DNA of 64,000 bases from an uncultured Candidatus Binatia bacterium (GCA_965218425.1 OZ244621.1:56187-120186); one strand, 5' to 3'. Shown: positions 21,686-31,619, counted from the first letter of the stretch. Notes: generated by a model from the sequence alone, not told the origin. A program made the numbers and translations.

Positions 21686-22852
21686 GTGATTCGCGTCCAG
21701 GATCTAAAGAAACAATACGCGACCGAGACCGGCTTTGTAGATGCCATCCGTGGCGTCAGCCTGACCGTTCAGCCTGGTGAAATCTATACGTTATTGGGTC
21801 CGTCCGGGTGCGGGAAGAGTACGATGCTGCGCTCGATAGCAGGGCTGGAAAGGCCGAACACGGGAACGATCACCGTTGCCGAGGACCAGGTGGTATTCAG
21901 CCTAGTAGAAGGGATCAACGTTCCCGCACACCGCCGCGGAGTGGGAATGGTCTTCCAGTCATACGCTATCTGGCCACATATGACCGTGTTTGAAAACGTG
22001 GCGTTTCCTCTTCGGCACGGGAGCTTTAAAGTTCCGAAAAGCCAGGTTAGGGACATGGTTATGAGGACGCTGGAGTCGGTCCAACTCGCAGCATTCGCAG
22101 ACCGGCCCTCGCCCTTGCTCAGCGGCGGTCAACAACAGCGGGTGGCTTTGGCGAGGGCACTAGTCTATGAGCCAACCATCCTTCTGCTCGACGAACCGCT
22201 TAGCAATCTGGACGCCCAGCTCCGTAAGGAGATGCGCAGCGAAATCGCGGCGCTCATAAAACACTTAGGAGTGACCGCTCTGTACGTCACGCACGACCAA
22301 GAAGAGGCGTTGGCCATCTCCGACAGAATCGCCGTCATGGACGACGGCCTGATTCAACAAGAGGGGATCCCCGACGAAGTGTACACCTATCCCGCTACCG
22401 TGTTCGTAGCCCAATTCGTAGGCAAGAGCAACTTCATGAAGGGTCGAGTCACGCAAGTCACACGGGACATGATCCGTGCGGCGTGCGGAAGCTCCGTCAT
22501 CTCTTCTTGGCACCATTCCGGTTTCAGCCACCTCAAGGTGGGCGATGAGGTCCAGATTTGCATTCGTCCGGGAGATGTCGAACTCCACCACAATCAGACG
22601 GCATCTAGGCCGAATAGCTTCCCCGCCGAGGTTGAAAAGGTCACGTTTTTGGGGGGAAGCAGGCACACCATCATCCGTGCCGGGGAAATCGGACTCGAAG
22701 CTGAGAGCCATGGGAGGAGCAGGTTTGCGGTGGGAGACCGCGTGTGTGTTGAACTACCCGCCGATAGTATCAGGCTATTCAGTTCCACGGAACCTGCTAC
22801 GCAAACCGCTTCCCCTTCCCAGAACGCCGTTCTTGACAATATGGAGCACTAA
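21686..22852 (+). CDS. ABC transporter ATP-binding protein (PotA/FbpC-like with TOBE domain)
   Basis: GPSGCGKS, LSGGQQQR, LLLDEP, VTHDQ motifs. Confidence 0.95.
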   Translation: MIRVQDLKKQYATETGFVDAIRGVSLTVQPGEIYTLLGPSGCGKSTMLRSIAGLERPNTGTITVAEDQVVFSLVEGINVPAHRRGVGMVFQSYAIWPHMTVFENVAFPLRHGSFKVPKSQVRDMVMRTLESVQLAAFADRPSPLLSGGQQQRVALARALVYEPTILLLDEPLSNLDAQLRKEMRSEIAALIKHLGVTALYVTHDQEEALAISDRIAVMDDGLIQQEGIPDEVYTYPATVFVAQFVGKSNFMKGRVTQVTRDMIRAACGSSVISSWHHSGFSHLKVGDEVQICIRPGDVELHHNQTASRPNSFPAEVEKVTFLGGSRHTIIRAGEIGLEAESHGRSRFAVGDRVCVELPADSIRLFSSTEPATQTASPSQNAVLDNMEH

Positions 22853-22926
22853 CGTAGACTGGAATTCGGCCAGCACCGATGACGTTCAGAGGTGCGGACG
22901 GAGATCGGCCTTGTAAGGAGGTGGCC

Positions 22927-24138
22927 ATGCTTAGTCTGGAAGAGAACGAACTACTGACACAAGTTGGTCGCGGAACTCCGTGCGGTGAATTGCTCCGCCG
23001 CTACTGGCAGCCAGCTGCCCTTAGTGAAGAGCTGCCGGCGGATGGGCCACCTATTCCCATCCAACTTCTAGGTGAGAACCTGGTTCTTTTTCGAAACGAC
23101 GGAGGACGTGTTGGCCTGCTGGGCCTTTACTGCTCCCACCGAGGTGCCGATCTCAGCTATGGGCGGCTTGAGGACGGCGGCATCCGCTGCATCTACCACG
23201 GGTGGTTGTATGACATTCACGGGCGCTGTTTAGAGCAGCCGGCTGAACCTCTAGAGAGCAAGTTCGCCGAAAAGATTCGACACCCTGCTTATCCATGCGT
23301 CGAACGGGCAGGGCTGATCTTCGCATACTTGGGTCCGGGAGAGCCACCTCTATTGCCCAACTATGAGTTTCTGACGGCGCCGCGGGATCACATTATCGCC
23401 AGCAAGGTGTACAGCGAATCTAACTACCTTGGGGCCTTGGAGGGCGGGATCGATCCGGTCCATGTGACCTTCTTGCACCGGGACCTTTCCCGGGCATCCG
23501 ACCCGCGGACCTTTGGCGACACACCGCCTGCGATCCACACGGAGGAAACTGATTTTGGCGTTCGCATTTACATGGTCCGAAAGATCGACTCTGATCAAAA
23601 CTACGTCGGTATCACTAACTATGTTCTCCCAAACGTCAACACGTTCATGGGGCCATTTGGCCGGTCCGGATATAGCGCCAACTGGTTCGTCCCGATCGAC
23701 GACACCCACTGCTGGAAATACAACTTCAACTTTGACCGGGAGAAGCCGATACCCGATGACGACCGCCGCCGCCGTCGCGGCGACACGGATGCGAATTATC
23801 ACCCTGTCGCCAGCAAGTCGAACCGGTACCTGCAGGATCGGGCGTCCATGAAAGCCAAAAGCTATGCGGGGATACCCGTCGAGCACTTCCAGGCGCAGGA
23901 TGCTTGTGTCGCGGAGGGGCCAGGGCCCATCCAGGATCGCAGCCAGGAACACCTTGGCTACACGGATCAGGCCATCATCGCGTCCAGAAACCTGTTACGG
24001 CGGGCCATCGAAGCGGTCCGAGTGGGGAAGGAGCCGCCCCATGTGATCCGCGAGCCTTCAGCCAACCGGCTTGACCATCTCGTGGTCCGGAGCGAGGTGC
24101 TCCCTCAGTCGGTGGACTGGCGCTCCTTCTGGCGGTAG
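22927..24138 (+). CDS. Rieske oxygenase, phthalate 4,5-dioxygenase / LigXa O-demethylase type
   Basis: MLSLEENELLTQVGRGTPCGELLRRYW; CSH...CIYH; EGGIDPVHVTFLH; QD; RBS AAGGAGG. Confidence 0.9.
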   Translation: MLSLEENELLTQVGRGTPCGELLRRYWQPAALSEELPADGPPIPIQLLGENLVLFRNDGGRVGLLGLYCSHRGADLSYGRLEDGGIRCIYHGWLYDIHGRCLEQPAEPLESKFAEKIRHPAYPCVERAGLIFAYLGPGEPPLLPNYEFLTAPRDHIIASKVYSESNYLGALEGGIDPVHVTFLHRDLSRASDPRTFGDTPPAIHTEETDFGVRIYMVRKIDSDQNYVGITNYVLPNVNTFMGPFGRSGYSANWFVPIDDTHCWKYNFNFDREKPIPDDDRRRRRGDTDANYHPVASKSNRYLQDRASMKAKSYAGIPVEHFQAQDACVAEGPGPIQDRSQEHLGYTDQAIIASRNLLRRAIEAVRVGKEPPHVIREPSANRLDHLVVRSEVLPQSVDWRSFWR

Positions 24139-24201
24139 CGGCTACAAGACGCCGAACGGTCCGCGCAACTTTCAACGGTTTCGTCCTGGAGGAGGTGAGC
24201 G

Positions 24202-25187
24202 ATGGCAGCAACACAACGCGTGATACGGCGGCCCAGGACCATGAGGTCGCGTCTCATGCTGGAGGTGGCCTCCGAGTTGGTGGCCGGGGAGGTTCCTGGC
24301 CTGGAGGAGGAGTGGCCTTACCACCAGGTAGACATTCGCCTTCGGGAGCAGGGCGGCAACGATTGGCGGCTCTGCTTTTTCGCGAGCGACGGCCCCAACG
24401 CCGTCGACTCCATCATGAGCGGCGAGGCCAGCGTGGCGATCTGCAACCCGGGCGGCGTACTGTGGCTATGGCGGTCCAGGGAGCTGGGCCCTTCAAGGAA
24501 CCACTACCCCTAAGGGCGATCATGGTGCTCCCGCAGTTCGACCAGCTCGGCTTCGGTGTCAGCGCCAGCACGGGTCTCGCGGATGTTTCCGACATTGGGG
24601 ACCGCCGCTACCCGCTGAAGGTGTCTCTTCGCGGGCAGCGAGACCACTCGGTCCACATGGTGGCGGATCAGGTCTTCAGCGTCCATGGATTCTCGCTAGA
24701 CGACATCGTCTCCTGGGGCGGCGAGGTCCGCTACGACGAGGAGATGCCGAACGGGCCGAACCGCATCGGCGCGGTCGAGCGCGGCGAGATCGACGCATTG
24801 ATCGACGAGGCGATGCCCATGTGGGGCGCGAAAGCGCTGAATCTCGGGATGCGCTTCCTCAAGATCGATGAGCCATACCTGCAGCGGTTAGAAGCAATAG
24901 GGTTACGACGAGTTGCGATCACCAAGAAGGAATGGCCCAAGCTGGACCGGGACGTGTGGACCGTTGACTTCAGCGGCTGGCCGGTGTTTTGCCGTGAAGA
25001 CCTCGCGGATGATATCGTGCACGCTTTTTGCGTCGGGCTCGAGGCACGCAAGGATCGAATCCCGTGGTACGGCGTTGGACCGCTCCGGCTTGATCTGATG
25101 GTTACCGACACGCGCGAGGCGCCCCTTGCGATTGCGCTGCACCGGGCCGCCGAGCGCTTCTGGCGGGAGCGAGGGTACATCCATTGA
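24202..25187 (+). pseudogene. TAXI-fold protein without a signal peptide, frameshifted at ~24461-24464
   Basis: The frame of 24202 (..AICNPGGVL) continues as AMAVQGAGPF... in the frame of ORF 24195-25187, across an apparent extra TG (CTG TG GCT). C-terminus LHRAAERFWRERG is TAXI-like. Confidence 0.75.
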
Positions 25188-26422
25188 CCGACTCGGGACC
25201 TACAGAAACCTGGACGGGCTTTTCGCTCGCCGAGCGAGACCGCCGCTGGAATGCCGTTCGGCGCAACGCAGTCGCGGTGGGCTTCGATTGCATCCTGGTG
25301 CCCCCGTGCGTGGACGGCAGAAATCTCCGGATCTCGCCGGAGAACTCGCGCGGAACCCGTTCGGACTGCCGCTACCTGACACAGATGGAGAACGCGGCGG
25401 TCGTCTTCCCAACGGACGGCCGCGCTCCGGTGGTGATCAATGATCGGGGGATCGGAAACAAATGGATAGCCGAGGCAAGGCCGGTCGCCGCGGGAATACG
25501 AGGTCCCCGGGCCCCCGCAGTTGCGGAGGCATTGCTCGACCTGGGAATGGAGCGGGCCCGGATCGGCGTCACGGGCTTGAAAGGGGGCAGATTTGGACAT
25601 GTTCGTGCTTCCGACGGCACGGTGACTCATGGGGCCTATGCGGAAATCCAACGACGCCTTCCCAATGCTCGCTTCGAGGATGCGACCGATATTGTCGGAT
25701 GGTGCCGCTACGTGAAGAGTGAAGAAGAGATTGCGTGTCTGAAACGGGCAGCTGCCATCACGGCAGCCGGCATCCAAGAGATGATTGCCGTGGCCCGCTC
25801 GGGCGTGGATGTGGCCCTTCTGTACGCCAGCATCACGAGGCGTATGCTGGAACTCGGTAACGAGCATCACCCATGGAATCTTGAAATCGGACCCATCGGT
25901 GAAGCGCTGGCTCACATCGAAGACCCGCCCATCGGCCGACGGCTCCAACCCATGGATCTGATCACCAACGAGATCTATGCCGTCTGGGGCGGTCTGTCTG
26001 TACAGGACGTTCAGCCTATTCTACTAGGACTGATTCCGGAAGAATGGAAACCAGTGATCGACGTGCAGGAGGAAGCGTTCGAGGCGGGGCGAGAGTTCAT
26101 GCGGCCGGGTAGACCCTTCCGCGATCTCATTGGCGTAATCAACCACGTGGGAGCAAGGCGGGGGATGCGGACTGCCGTCATGCTGCACAGCCGTGGCTAT
26201 GGCAATGAGGGTCCTTACGTGAACCCCCAGGATGGACCCTCAGATGTCATCCAGGATGTCCACATAGAAAAGAATACGGTCTGGGTCTGGAAGCCTCACG
26301 CATACAGTGCCGACGGGCAAATCTACTTCCGCTGGGGGACTTCCATCCTGGTGACCGACAAAGGCGGCGAACCCCTGATCTGCCGTCCGCACGGCATGGT
26401 CTCCATTACTGGGTACAGCTGA
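25184..26422 (+). CDS. Non-canonical M24/creatinase-fold protein
   Basis: FSLAERDRRW, RYLT, VKSEEE; ligand positions read NE/Q/H/K/G rather than D/D/H/E/E. Confidence 0.8.
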   Translation: MTDSGPTETWTGFSLAERDRRWNAVRRNAVAVGFDCILVPPCVDGRNLRISPENSRGTRSDCRYLTQMENAAVVFPTDGRAPVVINDRGIGNKWIAEARPVAAGIRGPRAPAVAEALLDLGMERARIGVTGLKGGRFGHVRASDGTVTHGAYAEIQRRLPNARFEDATDIVGWCRYVKSEEEIACLKRAAAITAAGIQEMIAVARSGVDVALLYASITRRMLELGNEHHPWNLEIGPIGEALAHIEDPPIGRRLQPMDLITNEIYAVWGGLSVQDVQPILLGLIPEEWKPVIDVQEEAFEAGREFMRPGRPFRDLIGVINHVGARRGMRTAVMLHSRGYGNEGPYVNPQDGPSDVIQDVHIEKNTVWVWKPHAYSADGQIYFRWGTSILVTDKGGEPLICRPHGMVSITGYS

Positions 26423-27615
26423 TGGGAGACCGCCGCGAAGAAGAGGCGGCCGGTGGCTGGGCCGGGTACTCCCTTGGCGAACGGGACCGGCGCTGGCAAT
26501 CCGTTCGCGAGAACGCTGCCAGGGCCGGCTTTGACTGCATCTTCATTCCCCTAGGGAACGGCACTGACGGTCGCTACCTGACGGGGTACCGGGCGGCGTC
26601 GGTGGTGCTTCCAATCAATGCCCAGCCGCCCATCGTGATCATTAATCCCCTTACCGAGCGAGGTGCTACAAACAGCTGGGTGCCTGAGCCACGCCGGGTG
26701 GGACGGCAGTGGGGCGAAGCGATGGCCCAGGCACTACTCGATACGGGCATGGAACAGGCCCGGATCGGAGTGACAGGCCTGAAGGGATGTACGCTGAGCC
26801 ACGTGCGAGCGCCCGAGGGCGTGGTCAACCACAGCTCCTATGCGGAAGTGGTGAAGAGGCTACCGAAGGGCCGCTTCGAGGATGCCACAGATATCCTGGG
26901 GTTCGCCCGATACGTGAAGAGCGTGGAGGAGGTCGAATGTCTCGGCCAAGCGGCCGCTATCGCCGAGGCTGGCATCGAGGAGATGGTGGAGGCGGCGCGT
27001 CCAGGCCTCGAAGTGACAGTGCTTTACGCCAGGGTTATGGAACGCATGCTGGAGCGAGGAAGTGAATACTATCCCCTGGTGCTCTCGGTGGATCCGATTG
27101 GCGCACCCGAGCGGATTCGCTATGCTAGCCCGCCCGCCGGCCGACGGCTCGAGGCCGATGCTCTCATCACCAATGAGGTGAGCGCCATCTACAGTGGCCA
27201 AATGTGCCAAGATGTTCAGCCCATCGTGTTGGGGCCGATCCCGGAGGAATGGAAGCCGGTCATCGAGCTCCAGCGCGACGTCTTCTATGCAGGCATCGAG
27301 TTCATGAAGCCAGGGGTGGCTCTCGGGGAGTTGATCGACCTCGTCAATGGGTTCGGAGAGAAGCGGGGTATGAAGACGATGACCATTATGCATGGACTCG
27401 GTTACGGGGACGATGGTCCATTACTGACGCCGCGCGAGCAAGGTGAAAACGTTCGGGACGTGCGACTCGAGGAAAGGAACGCCTTCGTCTGGAAGCCCTC
27501 CGCCATGACCCCCGACGAGCGGATCTCCTTCGTCTGGGGAGGTGGTGTAGTAGTAACTGAGAAGGGCGGCAAGCCGCTCTTCAAGCGTGGTTACGGGATG
27601 GTGGCGATCGCGTAG
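26422..27615 (+). CDS. Non-canonical M24/creatinase-fold protein (tandem paralogue)
   Basis: YSLGERDRRW, VKSVEE, ITNE, QDVQP, HGLG, WKP; translationally coupled (TGATG) to the previous gene. Confidence 0.8.
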   Translation: MGDRREEEAAGGWAGYSLGERDRRWQSVRENAARAGFDCIFIPLGNGTDGRYLTGYRAASVVLPINAQPPIVIINPLTERGATNSWVPEPRRVGRQWGEAMAQALLDTGMEQARIGVTGLKGCTLSHVRAPEGVVNHSSYAEVVKRLPKGRFEDATDILGFARYVKSVEEVECLGQAAAIAEAGIEEMVEAARPGLEVTVLYARVMERMLERGSEYYPLVLSVDPIGAPERIRYASPPAGRRLEADALITNEVSAIYSGQMCQDVQPIVLGPIPEEWKPVIELQRDVFYAGIEFMKPGVALGELIDLVNGFGEKRGMKTMTIMHGLGYGDDGPLLTPREQGENVRDVRLEERNAFVWKPSAMTPDERISFVWGGGVVVTEKGGKPLFKRGYGMVAIA

Positions 27616-27649
27616 CTCTCGACCCGTGATGGCGTCTGAACGAACCAAT

Positions 27650-27775
27650 GTCCCCTGAGCTGGGCCTGACCCAGGGGGTGGCCCAGGTTCTGCTGGGTCC
27701 CGAGCAGCCGGTAACGGTGGCTAGGCTCAGCGATAGCCGGAAAGTGGCGGTGATGGTATTTCGGTACCCACCCCG
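27650..27775 (+). ncRNA. Candidate structured RNA, family unknown
   Basis: Nested stems, a GTAA (GNRA) loop, a TTCG loop and a possible pseudoknot in the intergenic region before the cupin gene. Confidence 0.4.
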
Positions 27776-27811
27776 TATTTGCTCGGTGCCATTTCAATTT
27801 ACAGGAGGGGC

Positions 27812-28195
27812 ATGATGCCTAGAGATAACACTAAAGAGGTGAAGATAGAGGCAGGGGACGTCGCGGTGTTCAACCCTGAAGATTTTCGGTTCTTTCATCC
27901 CGACGAGCCCATGATCGTCGGGGTCTATCGGGATGGGATCGATATTCGACACATCACCCTCAGGAATTTCGAGCCAGGGCAGGTTACGGATCTCCACATC
28001 CATCCGGAGAACGCCCACTGCATCTACATCCTTGAGGGAAGCGGGGAGGTCTTGAGGGATGGAGCCCCGCCGCTGCCCGTCAAGGCCGGCCAGTTCCTCG
28101 TCGTTCCCCGGAACACACTGCACGGCCTGCGCAACACGGGCGACCGCAGGCTTTCCTACCTGGGCGTAAACGCTGGAGCCGAGCCGGGCCAGTAA
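27812..28195 (+). CDS. Cupin domain protein
   Basis: HIHP...YILEGSG...G....VP....HGLRNTG; RBS AGGAGG. Confidence 0.85.
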   Translation: MMPRDNTKEVKIEAGDVAVFNPEDFRFFHPDEPMIVGVYRDGIDIRHITLRNFEPGQVTDLHIHPENAHCIYILEGSGEVLRDGAPPLPVKAGQFLVVPRNTLHGLRNTGDRRLSYLGVNAGAEPGQ

Positions 28196-28466
28196 CGGCC
28201 TGAGAAGCCCCATTTGTTCTGCAAGCAATGCGCGTGGAGCCAGGCCTGGTGTACGTTCGACTGTCCGGGCTTGCCCACTCCTCGGGCAGTGGAATCGAAC
28301 GCATCGATGCCTTCCTCGGAGAGAGTTGCCTGGACGTTCTGATTGACGTTCGGAGGGCTTGGCCGCGACGATCATGATCGCCCGGCCATCTCTAGTCTCC
28401 ACGTGCGCGGCCAAGCCGACCGCGTGAGACTGCGCAGAGGGGAGCGAGCAGCCGGTAGGAGGAGCC

Positions 28467-29462
28467 TCAGTCCCAATAGGCAAAGGCCATGCCGCACCCC
28501 GTGCCAGCGAGGGACCGATAGCCCGGGATGTAGTCCCCGATGAAGTGCGGCGTCATGGACTCCATTGCGCCGGCAGCGGTTATCCAGTTGCGGATCTCGG
28601 ACGTGCCGAGGTTCAGCCGCTCACGGGGCAGCGTCTTAAGCGCCTGAGCATCCCCTTCCGCTATGCCAGTGATAGTCCGGCGGTCTATGTCTTCATCGAT
28701 AATAGTATGGCTAAGGCCGCCGGACGCCATGATGACCACGCCCTTGTCGCTGTCCCATGACTCCACGGCGGATCGCAGCGCTTGCCCAAGCCTGTAGCAG
28801 CGTGCGGGCGTCGGCTGGTTGGGCGGAAAGAACGTGTTGATCATCACCGGCACCACGGGAATCTCGGAACCAGGCAGCATGTGCTGGTAGAAAAACTTGA
28901 AGGCGTGACCAATGCCCACGTCAGGGCGCAAGCTGTCCGAGCTGGCCACGTCAATCTCCTCATCGCGTAAGTAGCCGATCAGGTGCTCGGCCAAGCTCCT
29001 TTCGGCAGGCCGCTCCCTTGGTCCCACCAGTTCAGCTTCCACGGCGGACTGCAACTCATCAAGCCTTGGAGCGTTCCAGCCCTGCGATCGGGTGGTCCGC
29101 TGACCGCTGCCGTGCCGGCGGACCAGGTTGATGGTGCCCCCATGGTATATGCAGAACATCGGCATGTTGGCGCTGTGGAACTGCTCCTGCTGATCGTCCC
29201 CTATCATCACGATGACGTCGGGGTCGGCCTTCTCCAGCACCGTGGCTAGTGTCCGCAGATTTGTCTGGGCCGAGTCGTAACGCTCGCGGATGTGGTCTTC
29301 GGAGAGCTCCTTTGCGATATTCACCTTCACCGCGTGACGCAGTGCCTCGAAGTTGATGCGCTTGTCCGTCTCGTCCTTCTCTCGCAGCGCGTACCAGCCT
29401 TCTATTGGCAGACGCAATTGCGGGGCATGAGGAGTCGCAACGCCAAGTACGATATTCGCCAT
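28467..29462 (-). CDS. Type II extradiol ring-cleavage dioxygenase, LigZ-like (LigB superfamily)
   Basis: IVLGVATPHAP, GDDQ.E, GHAF, NTFFPPNQPT..RCY, ASGGLSH, GTSEIRNW, YRSLAGTG..MAF.YW follow the LigZ pattern. Confidence 0.85.
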   Translation of the reverse strand: MANIVLGVATPHAPQLRLPIEGWYALREKDETDKRINFEALRHAVKVNIAKELSEDHIRERYDSAQTNLRTLATVLEKADPDVIVMIGDDQQEQFHSANMPMFCIYHGGTINLVRRHGSGQRTTRSQGWNAPRLDELQSAVEAELVGPRERPAERSLAEHLIGYLRDEEIDVASSDSLRPDVGIGHAFKFFYQHMLPGSEIPVVPVMINTFFPPNQPTPARCYRLGQALRSAVESWDSDKGVVIMASGGLSHTIIDEDIDRRTITGIAEGDAQALKTLPRERLNLGTSEIRNWITAAGAMESMTPHFIGDYIPGYRSLAGTGCGMAFAYWD

Positions 29463-29581
29463 AGATCATCCTCCTCAACCGGACTGCCGAATCATTGCAG
29501 GAACAGATCGCTGCGTTCCCATCTCACCGCACCCACCAGATAGTGGGTACCGCAACACCCATACGTTGTCAAGCGGCTGTC

Positions 29582-29860
29582 TGTGGTCCCCCCATCTCAG
29601 TTGTCCTAAAATTCCACATCTCAATTGTCCTCATCTTTATTATAGCAGGTGTTGGAGGACAATAGCGGATGCAGGATAAAGAGAGACGGATGTTAGAGAA
29701 AAAAACTGGTGCAGGAGATCCTTTCAGGGGACGTAACGCAACAAGAAGCGGCCTTGAAACTGGCTGTGAGCCCTCGGTCTGTACGCCGGTATCTAAGTCA
29801 GGTTTTAGAGCGGCTGAGCCGAACGATCTTTGGCAAATCGACTTCAGGGCAAGGTGAATT
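29582..29860 (+). mobile_element. Degenerate, internally deleted IS481-like transposase remnant with one end
   Basis: TGT start; 15-nt repeats CATCTCAGTTGTCCT (29593) and CATCTCAATTGTCCT (29617); HTH fragment VTQQEAALKLAVSPRSVRRY joined across a frame change to integrase-core fragment FRAAEPNDLWQIDF. Confidence 0.65.
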
Positions 29861-29999
29861 TCCCTTTGCGATGGAAATGACTCGCTATGGCGTCCGAAGC
29901 ACCATTCCCAAGGCTTTGTCAGATGAGCGGCGGGCTACATTGATCGAACGCGACGCCATGACAAAATTGCTCCTCGAAGACATTGCCGAGCGCGATCCT

Positions 30000-30161
30000 G
30001 CCTATGGGCTCGACCTCATATATGGAGGCGTCCGTAGCGTACAGCAGTCGGGAAATACGGTCAAAACGTACCTCTCCGTCTAATCGCATGCCCGGTTCCT
30101 CCGCAATTTCCCGGTAGTCTTGCGATGGGCTTGAGTCCATACTTGCCATTCTTATATCACG
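30000..30161 (-). repeat. Direct repeat copy 2: truncated 5' end of the FAD oxidoreductase gene
   Basis: Encodes MDSS...REIA...RLDGEVRFDRISRLLYATDASIYEVEPIG; homology stops abruptly at 30000. Confidence 0.9.
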
Positions 30162-30382
30162 TTTCGGCTGGGTTTGGCCGCAGGGCGACCCAAGTTGACT
30201 TATAGGGATGTTATCGGATACTCATTGGCCACTAGGAGAAAGGAACGCCTTGTTTTCTTTCTGAGGAACTATAAACATCTCTCAAAGTATGATTTCATGG
30301 GAAAAAAGCGGTCTATTGGAACTGTTTTTGACTCTGTCTCACGATGGTCTTTTTTCTCTGTCTAACGAAGTGGAGAAAAGCA

Positions 30383-30952
30383 TTGGATAAACAGGCTAAG
30401 GCTCGACTAGACCCGGCAAATGCTCCGCCTCGTCGTGGAACTCCACGTTACCGGGCCGAAGCCATGGAGGCCTTTTACGATGGCTTTCGCAGGGCCGGCA
30501 TTGATTTCGTCGTGTTTCTACCGGATACCATGCTGGACGGAATCGAACAGTTGATCTTGGAACGCGCGGAGATGGACACCTATCAGTGTACGAGAGAAGA
30601 CGAGGGTGTCGCCATGGCCATGGGAAGCTACCTGGCGGGTAAGAAACCGGTGGTGATGATGGAGGGGTCCGGCATCGGACTTTCCGGTCTGATCCTGGCA
30701 CGCGGTATTGTCCAGAGGACGCCCACCCTTCTCGTTGTCAGTCATAACAGTACCCTGGGAGAGCGCTACGATTACCACGGCGCAACACGACTGGTTACCG
30801 AGCCCATATTGAAGGCCCTCGGTATCCCCTATTACGTGCTCTTCGACCCCGGTCAGATTCCAACGGTATTAACCGAGGCACAGCGCACCGTTGAGGGGCA
30901 AAAAATTCCTGTTGGCGTTCTTGTCCCGAACCACGTGATGCGGGAATCCTGA
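30383..30952 (+). CDS. TPP-enzyme N-terminal subunit (sulfopyruvate decarboxylase alpha, ComD-like)
   Basis: LPD, TREDEGVAMAMG.YLAGKKP motifs; start codon uncertain. Confidence 0.8.
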   Translation: MDKQAKARLDPANAPPRRGTPRYRAEAMEAFYDGFRRAGIDFVVFLPDTMLDGIEQLILERAEMDTYQCTREDEGVAMAMGSYLAGKKPVVMMEGSGIGLSGLILARGIVQRTPTLLVVSHNSTLGERYDYHGATRLVTEPILKALGIPYYVLFDPGQIPTVLTEAQRTVEGQKIPVGVLVPNHVMRES

Positions 30953-30961
30953 AAGACCAAC

Positions 30962-31543
30962 ATGAACCGTATCGAATTTCTTAAGGCGGCATGCCGTGTG
31001 AGAGCAGACGCGGCAATGATCATCGGCCCCGGTCTTGCGAACTATCCCATTGCGGCTGGAGCCGACCATCCATTGACCATCTACAATATGGACATGCCCT
31101 ACGCCACGCCCATGGCCCTGGGTTTGGCCCTTGCCTGGCCGGAGAAAAAAGTGGTGTCCATGGAAGGCGATGGCTCCCTGCTGGCGGGAACCGGTGTTCT
31201 GACCACCATTGCCCGCTATCAGCCACGAAACCTAACCGTAATTGTGTTGGATAACGAATCCTATTTGACCACCGGCTCCGGGCGGGCTCCAACCGCCACC
31301 GCTTCAGGGACCGACATTGAACAACTGGCGCGAGGTGCAGGAATGGCTCACACTGCCACACTAACGGAAATGGTTGAGGCGGGAGAGGTCACTCAGCGGG
31401 CATTTCAAGAACCTGGGCCTTGGCTGCTGGTTGCCAAAGTGGACAAAACCGATCAACACCAGATTGATCGCAGCCAACTACCCGTTGACGTGTTTGAGAG
31501 TGCAATGCGATTTCGTAGAGCCGCCATGCAGGAAAGGCGTTAA
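30962..31543 (+). CDS. TPP-binding subunit (sulfopyruvate decarboxylase beta, ComE-like)
   Basis: GDGS...DN TPP motif; ALGLALA. Confidence 0.82.
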   Translation: MNRIEFLKAACRVRADAAMIIGPGLANYPIAAGADHPLTIYNMDMPYATPMALGLALAWPEKKVVSMEGDGSLLAGTGVLTTIARYQPRNLTVIVLDNESYLTTGSGRAPTATASGTDIEQLARGAGMAHTATLTEMVEAGEVTQRAFQEPGPWLLVAKVDKTDQHQIDRSQLPVDVFESAMRFRRAAMQERR

Positions 31544-31619
31544 TGCCCGGCATGGATCAAACCCCGTTCCCGTTTACCCGTCAAACAATGGAAGCTGATC
31601 TGGACAAGACTTCTAACGG

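Noticed and set aside
24731-25948. 405-aa antisense ORF
   Set aside because: Shadow of GC-rich sense genes with clear family motifs; it has none of its own.
27625-27760. Fluoride (crcB) riboswitch-like start CGTGATGGCGTC...AACC
   Set aside because: The required downstream GATGACGCC-type pairing partner is absent.
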